From Tubiluchus corallicola (lineage: Eukaryota > Animalia > Priapulida): a stretch of DNA of 64,000 nt. Shown in pieces: positions 23,401-36,700 of this stretch. Each line of letters begins with the position of its first letter. Positions within the stretch are counted from its first letter, which is position 1. Where the stretch lies: positions 62,001-126,000 of the forward strand of contig JAQGDQ010000302.1 in assembly GCA_030141605.1 (NCBI GenBank), written 5' to 3'. The notes under the pieces were generated by a model that ran no database searches, was not told where the DNA came from, and saw nothing but the letters and a program-made list of their open reading frames with translations. Position numbers and translations under genes: made by a program.

Positions 23401-26400
23401 TGAATTTTTGCTTATTTAGCTTGTAAACGAATGTAGAAATAGTAGTAGTACGAGTTACTTTCATTTTGTGTTGCTAGGTCAGATTCTTAGCTACTTAGTG
23501 TTACTATACTAGAGTTAATATCGTAATTAAGGGAAATTTAGAAGATTTGTAAAAGCAGTACCGCCACCAGTTTTACCCATAATTAATAATTTTAATAACA
23601 CTATAACAGTTCTATGACTTAAAGAATTCTTTAACCATATGACAAATTTATTTTCTGATCAATACTGTTATTTTGGTTACATCCTCATGACGGTTAGGTT
23701 TTCATTCATTTGCATGTTGTAATAAAAACAGTCTTGAAAGTTTAACCGCATTAACTATGACCAAGTTTCCATACTTTGATAATTCATCTAAAATTATCAA
23801 AACCGACATAAAATTCTCAATTCATTTAAGCCTCAGGATTGTTAGTGATCATGAATTGGTTGTGATAATGTCATTAGAAAATTTTTGTCTGCGATAACAA
23901 TCGATTTTCAGAGCTGGTTGCGATCCTGATAATGATCACGATCAAATAATTTGATTCTTATAAGCCAATATTTTTGTTTACGTATTGTTGTATTTGTGTT
24001 TATATATTCTAGACTTTACCAATGCTGTCTTATTAGCCTAACTTCTTATTTTAGAAAGAATCAGGGGGGGGAGCGAGGGGGGCGCACACACCCCCTGTCA
24101 AAATTTGCGCCCCCCCTGCAAAATCGGACAAATAATTTTTTTGCAGTGAAAATTGCAGTTAGCATGTAATCATTTTCAATATGAATTAGAATTAGGTAAA
24201 AAATGTTTGGTAGCTTCAGTGTATTATTTTCTTAAAACTTGTGTGTGATAAATTTCTGTAAATAACAATTTAGTTAGAGGCACATTAGTAACGTTAGGTT
24301 AACTGAGAGTTAATTTTCTCATTATTGCTCTGTCCGCTACGCCGTCCTACACACATGCTAATTATAGGCCTGCATGCAGTATAAAAGGGCTTAACCATTA
24401 TTTAACCACTTCGGATACCTCGCCCCCCCCCCCAGAAAATTTTTGCGCCCCCCTGCTTGCCACATCTAGTTCTGGCACTGGAAAGAATGTATATTAAAAT
24501 AAAATATTATGCAAAACTGAGTGGGAATTCTGAAAAGTTCTTTGAAGATAAGAAAGAAATGATTGAAAAGATGATCGCTGAGAATTATGATGCAATCATG
24601 TTTTGAGAAAAAAATTTCGATTGCGATTCCTGTTAGGTCTCCCCATGTTTTTCATCGTAAGAATTATATTATTTGCCTGACCTCTCCCTTCAAAATCAGT
24701 CAAATTGGACTAAACTCATTACTAAATTAATATTGCCTAACTACTTCCTAGATGAGCAGTAAAAGTGAGTTTAAGAGAATTAAAGCAAACACATGTTACA
24801 AGTATTTTAGTCTCTGTAATACACTTAAGAATACTTTGCTTCGTACAATAGTTTATGATGCTTGCGCTTGACTCAAAAGGATCAAAGATCAAAGCTAAAT
24901 ACTCCTCTGTGGCTTGCACTACATGTGTAGTTGGAAAAAATTGTAATTTAATTTCTTACAACCCTAGCTATATAGAGTTGCTATATTTCAATGAAGTGTG
25001 TGCATTTCAGCAGGAGAATTACTTTTTACAGATTGATTTTCTCTAGAAAAAGCCCTGAGCTGAGTAGCAGTGAATGCTTTGCGAATTGCACAATTTGTAC
25101 ATAACACTCCACAAGTTTGCATCATTTAGTCAAGCCTTGCATGTATTGATTCAGTGATCACTCTGCAAATATCTTCATTGTTTAATATCTGATTATGGGA
25201 AAGCTACTTGGGATGTTCCAGCTAATTCAGTGAGTTAAACTGCTAATTGGTGTTATGCAAATCTGTATAAATCTCCTGAAGGTGTAATCATGAGGTATGT
25301 GTCGAGTATATGGCGATGATCACGCAGCAAGCAGCTGTTAAGAAAAATTGTTGAGTAGTCGGGGGGTGTACTAGGTCTGCAAAGTTAAACAATGTTTGGT
25401 CAGGTTTTTGAATTGGTTGGTGGTTGCTGTGAAAATTGCTTCATCTGCTATACTCTAGTTCCTTTTCTTGTTGAGGGAGGATTGCATGTACATGATACTG
25501 ACTTGCAGTGTGCAAAGTTGTATAAAAAAATCCAGCAGTTTATCATTATTTTAGGAAGCAGAGACTATTGCTTAACAGCTGATGGAGTTTATGTTCTTGA
25601 TGAGAAATATTGTGTGTAGTGATGATGTCATCTCAGTCCAATCAACCAATGTCAGAGGACATTTCTGCGACACGACGTCAGAACAGCGAGACCCATGCAT
25701 CCCTAACAAAAGACAAGGACAAGGAGGTAAGTTCATGTTAATACTGGCAAACTGCTTATGTTTGTAGGCTTCCATTTTGCAAATGTAGTGTGGAGTATTT
25801 GTCCCTCTTGAGCCTTAATTTTTGTTTAATAGTCAAAAGGTGATAGATTTGATTACAGTAATGAAGAAAACTTGTGAGAATTAATGTAGTTGGACCTCTT
25901 TTGTAAACTAGCCTTGTTGCAATGAGTCTAATTCAAGTTCACTTTAATTTGCCGTATTCAAGTTCACTTTAATTTGCCATATTCAAGTTCGCTTCAAGTC
26001 TTTTGTAAGCTAGCCTTGTTGCAATGAGTCTAATTCAAGTTCACTTTAATTTGCCGTATTCAAGTTCACTTTAATTTGCCGTATTCAAGTTCACTTTAAT
26101 TTGCCATATTCAAGTTCGCTTCAAGTCTTTTGTAAGCTAGCCTTGTTGCAATGAGTCTAATTCAAGTTCACTTTAATTTGCCGTATTCAAGTTCACTTTA
26201 AATTGCCATATTCAAGTTCGCTTCAAGTCTTTTGTAAGCTAGCCTTGTTGCAATGAGTCTAATTCAAGTTCACTTTAATTTGCCGTATTCAAGTTCACTT
26301 TAATTTGCCGTATTCAAGTTCTCTTCAATTTGCCATTTTTAAATTTGCTTCAGTTTGTCATTTAGTAAATCGATTTTTGATTAAAATTATTAAATTTATT

Positions 26401-29400
26401 ACTAACAATTTAATCAATTTAATATGGGTGTCACAGTTTATTAAGCAATAAACAAAATTGTCATATTGTATTGTAATTGTCTTCCATTGTGAATGGGCTT
26501 ACATGCAGAGCTCCTGCATGTGTTTCTCGCATCCTGCAAATGTTTCTCATTGAAGCCTAATTTCTGATTGTACCTAGTAATCATATATGTATCAATAGAG
26601 CCAGACAAACTAACTACATTAGCAGCTGCCTCACTAGCTAGCTAATTGTGAGCCGTCCTTACATCAAAGAGATGTAATTATAACAGTTCTTGGCACCTGT
26701 TGTGTATATTATCTTCAATAAGTTCCCAGCTTATTTTATAATTACAATGCACTCAGGTGGTCGTTACATTGTGAACACTCACGCCATGTCGTTGGTGTTT
26801 GTAATTACATCAGTGCAGTGTAGTTATAAATATTGATTTGTGTAGGTTAACTAGAATGGGATTTGGAGAATTGCAGCATGTAACAGCTTAGTGAAACACT
26901 AATGCTTGGCCATTTCTGAATTAGCTAACTTCATAAACAGGTGTCTGACTTGCACTGACGTCACCAGTAGGCACAACATCTATTTGCAAATTGGCAAAAA
27001 TTCATCCAAATTGTGATACATTCATCACATTTTGCACAAGGAATCACTGAAAAGTCTTTGACTGCCTTAAATTCAAGATAATTGTCATTTATTAATTGAC
27101 TTCACCAATAGTGACAAACTATATGCTACTGTATAGAAACTCTGAGAGCAAATCCATTTAAACAATTTTGCGATTAACTATGATATTTTCATACGTGCAG
27201 AAATGATAGAACTATTTGTGATGCACTGTAATAAAAGATTTCGTAGTCTCAGAAAAATTCAACGAAAAATGTAGGTCGTAGGCTTATGTAATATATATAG
27301 CAAAAATGCCATAGGCACCCATATCGAAATGTTAGAAATAGCACTATTTCTATTCTGCGTGTTTTGATGATTATTTTATAGAAATTCTCAGTTGCTGTTT
27401 ATTATTTATGAGTATTTATAGGAATTTACAGGAATCCCATGCTGATTTATAAATATTAAAAGTTTCAATATATATGACAACAAGGCAAATGATATCATCT
27501 TTAGTTTAAGATTCTAATATTCCAGCTTATTTATTTTCATTTTTCATGTGCGTGTATATACGTGTATGTTTTATGCTGAGTAACTTTTCTAACATCACTG
27601 CTAGGGATGTATACCTGTTTGGCAACAAACAAGAATGTTTTTTTAATATTTAGGACATAATTTATATTGTCTTTTGATTTCTGTGATGTTTTTGACATTA
27701 GCAATCAGCTAAGATTTTTTTGTGCAAGATAGCAGGAAGGATATGTTCCATAAATGTGAACAATTGTGCACTTTGTGTCAAGTTTTTGCAATTTAGCATA
27801 TTGTTAAATATGACATTGAGGATTCTAAAAACCATTCAGTATGGCTGCCACTGAATGATGTAAGTGCCATGTTTCTTCTCCTGTTTGAACTTATTCATTT
27901 TGTAATATGAATTATTTCTGGTTTCTGGGGTAAAGAATGCATGTTAGAGTGCAATTTTTTTCCTTTAAATTATAATCATAAACTAATTTTTGAAATGCCA
28001 ATTTTTCTTAAAAATAAGCAGGATTTAATAACTGAATCAAGAGAATTCTAAATGGGAAATTGACAGGGATATATGTATATGCATCATTCAAACAACACAA
28101 GCAACATGTAACATTAATATAAAAATCGTAATCCCAGAATTGTGGACATGTTAAATAACAATACGATGGTCAGAATGTATGTATAAATATGTGTACCATA
28201 GAATTTATAATTTAGTTGGTTAGAGATACATAAAAAATGACCAGAAATGTCCTGCAAAATGCAAAAATATGCTGGTAATATGTAAAACTATTCAGTGAAA
28301 TGAAAATTATAATTGTGCTGAACAAAATCAAGCAGTCAAAATAGGGCAGTGCTTTGTAAATTATTTGAATAAGAGTTTAGTAAATGAATTAAGAGAGTAT
28401 AGGCATAGTAAACAGGGAACTGACTGAGACATATTCAAATAGCCTAACACAAATGACATGCAACATCAATGCAATAATGCGAATGTACAATTACTGATGT
28501 ACAATACAAAGACTATACAGAAATATAGACCTGGTTATACACAGATAAGCTACTGAATAGAAATAATTGATAAAATCCAGATAGGTATATGGTAAATTTG
28601 AAGCATATATCACGAGCATATTTATCAGTGTAAGGCACAATGGTATGAAATTGGATTTTGTTCCTTCAGAACGGTTCAGTGTCGGTGATGGAGGGACTTC
28701 TACATTATTGTCATGAGTGAGGTGACTAGTCAGTGTTAAGGCAGTATCGCAGAATTCATTTTTAGTCTACGCGACTCATCAAGGCTGTTCATAGCACAAG
28801 TTGCAAATACTTTTCTTTTGGTGTTGGTGGACACAACTGCTTTGTGCATTGGGTTGTTGCATTGGCACAGCTTTGGCAATTTCTTTTCTTGCATGACTCA
28901 ATCATATGATATAGCTATACCCAGCTTATGGAAATGGCAATGATTTCCTTCTAAAAATAATAGACTTGAAGCTTCAGTGAAACATAAAGAGGAAAAGAAG
29001 TCTCTATCTCCTTCATTGATAGAGATTCAAAACGGAGATAGTCAGCTGAGACGTGCCACTTTATTTCTAGCATTGACTGTAGCAGCATCATCATAGTATC
29101 TTCTACAGAGCATGATCCTTAAAACAGAACATTTGGAAGAATCACAAAGGGATTAGCAATTAATTCACACTAACAGTTTGAGTTCATTGAACTACCAAAA
29201 TGCATTTGCTGCAAAGAATGCAAAAACTTGAGATCAGTGTCCACAATTTTCTTCGCTTCATCTTCGGTCACTGATAGGCAACCAGCACCAACATTGTAGG
29301 ATATATAAACTTCTTGCGCCTTCCTGCAATGTAAATAATCACGACCAAGCAGCACTTATTATAAAACTTTCCCTTATGTTGTAAGAGAGTTCCCAAATTC

Positions 29401-30757
29401 TTTGTTATTGAAATTGTGAACATTTGGCTTGCAGGTTCTTGAAAAACTGCCTAGTAGTGCGACTGCCTCACTGGTGGGATAATTTGGGTATTATTTATTG
29501 CTGTGCAAGACAATTTGCAGAGTACAGTGTAATAAAATAATAATAACATCCAAAGGCTTCTTGCCTGAAGGCAAACCCTAGGTGGGGCTTCATGCACAAG
29601 TACTTCAGAGAGGTACATTCTACAAGTTACAATTCGTCAAAATACATTTTACCAAGGTATACCTGCCATGGTACATGGTGTCACACTACAAACCGACCAT
29701 TGAAAAGTCGAATGCGAATGTTTCCAGGTAATGTTCTCTTAATTCTATTCATTACACAACAATTGATAATCATTTTCAGCTAACTGGTTCCAAACACATG
29801 ATCGACAGTCACACGTGATGGTACGACAGTAAGCTATAAAGTTTCCGTGCCTTTTTTCAAAATATCTTTTTCACTTCAGTGTACGTCGTAAATGCAAATT
29901 ATATACATAGTTACATACACGTCAGTTGATTTTAGCAAAATTTTACAAAATTTCCGAACATTTCCACAATAGTCAAACCTACCATGCAAGGAGTCAAGGT
30001 TGAAACGAATACAAATCTAGTAAGGCTGTTTTTAACTTTTGCATCCTGTTCGGAGAATGGGAGTATTCACCATATAAAAACTGTGGCAAAAACGTGAAAT
30101 CCTGTCAAAAACGTATCAACGCTCGACAAGGAACAGTGAAACATCACTCTTATTACGTATACTGTAGACTTTGGGCAGGTAGAACTCTAAAATAAAAGAG
30201 TACCTGTCCCCAAAACAGGTAAACACAGCAGCAATCCATCAAAAGATTAGCTATTACTGTGCCAGTGGATTGTCAATACCACTTCAATAGCGCCATCAAG
30301 TGCTAACTGTAGAAAAAGCTCCACTATGCAACATAATGTTATGCAGAAATAACTTTTGGATTTATCTATTTTTTGGTCAAATAATAAATTTTTTTTAATT
30401 AACAATGGTAGGATAATTATTGTAGAAAATAAAGCAAATTTATCAATTAAGACTTTAGTAATCAGAAAAATAAATTTCAATTATTGCCAATAACATTTTG
30501 CCCTATTTTCATTTAAACAGTTAATAAATTGCTTCAGGTGTGATTACAATAAATTGCTACTTTGGTGTGTGTGTGTGTGCGTGCATGTGCGTGTGGGGGA
30601 GTGTCTGGGTGTTGGTGGATGTCTGCTTGGGTTTGGCTGGGTGCCATGCGTACGTGTTTGTGTGTGTGTGTGTGTGTGTGTGCGTGCATGTGCGTGTGGG
30701 GGAGTGTCTGGGTGTTGGTGGATGTCTGCTTGGGTTTGGCTGGGTGCCATGCGTACG

Positions 30758-30795
<38 letters not shown>

Positions 30796-33700
30796 CATGT
30801 GCGTGTGGGGGAGTGTCTGGGTGTTGGTGGATGTCTGCTTGGGTTTGGCTGGGTGCCATGCGTACGTGTTTGTGTGTGTGTGTGTGCATGCATGTGCGTG
30901 TGGGGGAGTGTCTGGGTGTTGGTGGATGTCTGCTTGGGTTTGGCTGGGTGCCATGCGTACGTGTTTGTGTGTGTGTGTGTGCGTGCATGCGTGCGTGCGT
31001 GGGTGGATGGGTGTGTGCTAACTTAGAAAGAAGCCATATGAGGAACTGGAGAGTTAAAGGTTTTTGTGAAATAAAAATGTAAATAACACACTTTCACAAC
31101 TGAAGTGTACTAGGCTTAAAGAAACAACTAATTTACAATTTCCAAGCTAATTTACAATTTTGCGGCTTGCAACTATTACTGCTGAATAGCTATAATTACT
31201 AAAGCCAAGTTCTAGTTCTTGGTCAACTGTCATTTGTGGCTGATAATCTAGTGTCTGAAAGCATTTTCAAGTTTCTATCATGGTGAAATTAACAGTGCGT
31301 GGAAAGTTTCAGCAGCCAGATATAACATTGGTTTTAGAATAGTGATCATGTAAATCTGTATGCGCTCACATTAGTCACGATTCCTGTGGGAAGTATGCCA
31401 TCTTAAAAGCTTTCTCATATTACCGGTGCTTAGGCATGCATAATTTGATTATAGCTGCTGCATAAGGCATTATCAAAACTTCCCATGGGCACCACAGACC
31501 TGTTATAACATGCACAGCTTACTGTTGATTACTCTCTTTCCATTTTTCTTCACTTTTAACGTAGCTATTAGCCAAATTTGAAGTTTTGTATTTGCTCACA
31601 TGGACTGAATGAACGCATCAGATTCGACATGAATTTCTGTGTGATAATAGTCTAGTGGACATCATATGTGTTTGGCAGTGGCCTATATTAAACAGTGTTA
31701 ACTGCTGATTCTGCTGAACCTGACCTCCCAATCCCGTCACAGTCATGTGCATCAAGTAGGCTCGGCACTCGAGTGCTGGATTCTGCTGGCAGTCCAGAAT
31801 TAGATGCAGAAATATGAAGTCAGCATTTACCTGAGCCTGTAAGCTTGTGTATTTAGTATGTGACAAGGAGGACTAGAGCTAATGAAGCTTATAAGAAATA
31901 CTAATCTGGCTTTTAAACTGATTTCCCGTCTCACTACGTAAAACTAAAATAACATTTATAGGTTTACCCGTAAAAAATTTCAGCTAAACTTTCCAGTCTT
32001 TATACTAAAATACCATCAAGTTAAAAATACTGAAAAGCAGAAAAATTTGTCATGTTGTTAGACCATTTAAATGTATGTTTACTTTTTTGAGCAACACTCT
32101 TTCCAAAAATATTTACATAAATAAGCAAACATTATACATATAAGTATCTACATAATTGTTTTTTCAAACGAATTGTTCTGACTGGATTGAGTGTTGTGAA
32201 TCAGTGTTATTTATTGCAGTTTACAGTTTTACATGAGTTGCCAAAGGTGTTAAAATATGTGCTATGCAATCAAGTGAAAATAAAATACATTTTTAAGGTG
32301 CAAAAAATGTGGCTAAAACGATGGCCTAAGTTGTAACTTTCTGGAACGATTCTCAAAATGGTCTAAATTTTGTAAACTTTACAATGATCCCAACTGTTAA
32401 AATCCCAAATTATTAGTGTTTCTGTCTGTGGGGATTCATAGTTTTGTGTCTGTGGGGATCCATAGTTTTCTGTCTGTGAGGGTCTGTGGGGATCCATAAT
32501 TTTGTGTCTGTGAGGGTCTGTGGGAATCCACAGTTTTATGTTTGTGGGGTCCACCTGTGGGGGTCCATAGTTTTGTGTCTGTGGAGATCCATAGTTTTGT
32601 GTTTGTGAGGGTCCATCATCTGTGGGGACTGTTGCAGTGGGTGATGTGTTGGGTGCTCATTTTTGTAAGAAGTAGTGCAGCATGTACTAGTTGCACATTA
32701 AATTAAAGTACTTAATGTTTTTCATTTTCCAAATAGTTTGTACAATAATCTTGTACTGAAAATGCCTGGACCCAGTAAACCCAGTTTGGCTTAAAGTGCA
32801 CTTTTCTATTTACCAGGCAAGACGATTCTTCTAACTACTGGTTTTCTTTGCAAACAAGAGCAAAGTCTTTCTGTTTACCTTGCAGTCTTATATTCTTATT
32901 TATTTGCTATTTAGTGTTTACCATAGATTTTGTTGTTGTTATTTAATATTATTTGAGAAAACCATGTGTTTCTCATGTTCCACATTTGCAACTCTTTCCT
33001 GTTTCAGGTCCAGAAACCGTGGGTGGAAAAAAACTTTACCAAACGTGAATGCATCAAATTTGTTACAGGTTCACGTGAAACTGAACGGTAAGAAAAAAAC
33101 TAAAATTTCCCCTTCTTTACAGATAATTTTTTCTATTTTTATCCTATAACAACTGTTTACCATATGTGTGTATAGTTTATTCTGACTGCTATGCTTATGT
33201 ACAGTTTAGCATTCTACAAGGAGAGACCCTTATTAAGGGTAAGAGTTTGACTTGGCAGGTGTGAACTGGCCATATTTGGATGCATGTACACTATTCGTTC
33301 TCTCTCAACCAGAAGAATAGCTGGTGGCAGTTTGGCAGATGAGGCAGACCAGAAGCAGTTTTTTAGTGGTCACCCATCTATTTATAAAACAAGCCTAATC
33401 TTATTTAGCTTGTGTAACAAATGACAACTTGTTATTTTTCTCACCATGTTTGTTTTTATGGACATGCAATGTGCAAGTCTACCTGTGTTCAATGTTGTTT
33501 TGTTTTGGGCATTATGGTCGACCACGAGTTCTACAGATAGGAATCTGATGGCACTTATTTGATCAGTCATGACATTCTGAGTAATTCTAGACCATTTACT
33601 GGCCAACATGGGGTCAAGCAGAGGACATTCTTCACAAACCTTCACAGTTCAAAAACTTTTAATTCTGATGTTATTTAGAGTAACTGTAGTGACCATTTCA

Positions 33701-36700
33701 TGATACTTTCCGACTAAATCCATCATCTCGAGGCTCATCAAAAATGCACTTTCACTCATTTGCTCAATTTTTTCTGAGTTTGTGTAATCACAAATGAGCT
33801 CTTTTATTAGAGTTTATTGTACATGTTTTTGCAAGTTTTGCATTGTTTCTTTTGTAAGTTTTTTAAGAAAAAAACAGGTAAGCGTTTAATACGAAATAGT
33901 TGTTAAAGTAAATCAGCTTTGTAAAGATCTAGAGAATGGGTCATTCGGCTTTTTATTTTTAACTTGAAATTGGCGGGGATCTGTTATTTTATCTTAGTTT
34001 ATTGTGTGGTGCTTGCCTCGGTTTTTCTTCTAGCCGTTTGGCTGGTACTAGCAAATGTTTTGAGCTGATCTGTTGCTATGTGATTGGGCAAGAGGAATAG
34101 CTGTGTAATCACTTTGCATTTGGTGACCAAAGTTATGCGTTATGTCATCTCATCAGAAACTGGATGGGGGCGTTATGGGAAGATGGTCATACTGCCTCAG
34201 GGAATTTATCTCATTGTGGAAGGATGACGTCAGGAGGCACACAGGGACACATCCATTTACAACTTCTTTTTAATACATAAATTATATACATTAAAATTGA
34301 TATTACAAGTAAAATTATATTTTGGTCTTCACATGTTGATTTCCTAGTATTTACCAATTACTCACAACAGTTCCAATTTCTTTGTTTGGTAACAATTATG
34401 TGGTCTGCTATGAGCATACTGTATTCCATCTTTTTGTGAGTTACATAAATAACTGCATAAAAATTACCATTGCCTTGCTTGAAATAATCCTTAGTCACAC
34501 GTACTAGCACACCTTGGCTCCTGGTTTACTTGCATTTTCCATCTCAGCAGAGATTACAGGGCAGATATTTTTATATGTAGGTCACTGGGCTTGAGTGTGA
34601 GAATAACATTTGTTAGTTATGAATTCCAATGAGTTTCATAATTCTCTAGCAATAGATTTCCTAGCATTGTTAAATTTTTATTAGAAGCAAAAGCATTAAA
34701 GGGGCAGAAACTTCTAATGCTTCCTTAGTCATGCCAACAGATGTCACTACTTCTGTCAACTAATATATTTTCAGCAAAAGGGAAATAAAGACTGCAGTTT
34801 TAAGTAAACACTAAACATGAGGCAAAAGCCAAAACGTTTCTTCTGATAAATTGAGTGTAGATTTGCCATTGCTATTATTTCTTTACAAGTGTAAAAACAA
34901 ATTTGTGCCAAACCGTTGGCCATTGTTTAGCCATTCATCAAAATGTCGTCACGACACGTAATTTTTATACTTAGTATTGTCGTGTTGAGTTTTTGTTATT
35001 CTGGTGGCATGGTGCAGTGAAAGGGTTTCAGCTAAAGTGCTCAATTTATCAAAATTACTCTGGTTTTCCTGTTGCCTAGGAAATCTGCTTTCATCACAGA
35101 GCTCTGCTGATTACATCTGAATCGATCTCTGAAAAGAGACAGCGCTGAATTTCGAAAATACCTCCTACGATAAGTAAAAGTGGCAATCGTGGGTGGAGAT
35201 TATTATAAGCTGAGCGCCTTCATACAATTAGTATGTTTGGCATGCAGCTTCATTCCCATAATGTGATTATCCTAGTCTTCAGTCCTTTGAGACTTTAGTA
35301 TGGCTTCATAGTAATAATGTGAGTGAATCAACACAAGACTAAAAGAAGGCTTGCTACTTCGAAACTGTAAAGAGTTGGGCATCCAAATTTGGATATTTCT
35401 CAAGCACAGCCTTTAGAAAATAATCCTGCAATTCTCTCTCGTCTGTCACCTTAACTGGGTACCCTATTGATAATGTATTTTTTATCCATTTGAGCTGAAA
35501 ATTGACCAGTTACCTCAAGTGAGTGTGGGTCAACATTATTTCTCAAAAGGGTTTCTCATATGAGCGATGGAAAGACTACAAAATACTTGGAGCTCTAATA
35601 ATTAGGATCTCTGTTGTCTTCGATATGTGAATTTAAAAAGTGATTTATCGATTAAAGAATATGCTTTTTGGTTAACATTTCAAATCTGTTTTTGGTAGTA
35701 TTAAGCAGACCCTGCAATTTAGAACTGAATCTTGGAGTTATGTAAGTGCTGAACTATATTGTAAATAATGATAATAATAATAATAATAATTTACGTATAC
35801 AATCATTGAACAGTGTGATAACTAATTTATCTTAACTAATAATATTTTTTCAGAACTCAGTTTGTCACTGTCTGTTTATGTTGTTTCAGCTGCGGGTGTG
35901 GTAGAACGTACAACAGACATGCTTTTCTCGGTTTCATGCCGTCTTCTCTCGATGAAGTTTCACAGACATCGAGGGCACCACTGGGCGAAGAGCACTGGAG
36001 TTTCAGTCGACATACCGCACAGATGAAGACCGATGCATTCGGTACGATCGAATTCCAGGGTGGGCCACAGACCGACAAAGCTCAGGTAAGAATGTTTTTT
36101 TAGCACAGTTTTAAAAATCTGTGATTTGCTGTAAAGTTTAGACACAAATCTGAGATTTTATCACTTGAGTTGTGTGCCAGTGATTTGACGAATATCTCTT
36201 TTTCATCGGTCAATTATGTCTGCTACTTTTGCTATCAGAGATAAGCTACTACATTTACCTCAATCTCCAGAAATCAGAGACTGTGTATCAGTATTTAATA
36301 ATTTATCAGAAATTTTAGTTGATAAGAAGTGTATTTAATGTAAAAGTGTTGCTTTTGTACTCTTGTATACTTGTACAGTTTTTGAATAGTGCCAACACTT
36401 AACTAATTGTTAACAGAATTAACTTTGTCTGTAAACAACAAAAAATTTGCGTGAAAGTCGCATTTAGTATTGCGGTCTGCAACTTTCGTTTATTTGTTTT
36501 AGACATTTTTATTCCACAGTACACGCGCACTTCATTGTGACCAATTTCTTTGATTACTTGTTGGAACACCTTATGTATTGATCGCTTTGCCTAGTATTCA
36601 ATTTTATTACATTTGGTGATACAAGACCCTTATGCAGAATGATGTTCGTCAAAGGTGAAATTACTGTGAACTTTAAAGCTTAAGATGCCGATTTTAAAAA

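Noticed and set aside
25897-26335. CRISPR-like regularly spaced repeats
   Set aside because: The intervening sequences are identical rather than unique spacers, there are no cas genes, and the context is a eukaryotic intron.
30070-30225. Third TRPM first exon (TATAAAA and CAG|gtaaac)
   Set aside because: No in-frame ATG between the upstream stop and the donor.
30534-31082. Six overlapping ORFs of 119-180 aa (HTHT/CVCV-rich)
   Set aside because: By-product of a stop-free GT-rich tandem repeat.
35080-35175. Possible cassette exon in a TRPM intron (good acceptor ttttcctgttgcctag)
   Set aside because: In the required phase it reaches TGA after 9 codons, and there is no convincing donor.
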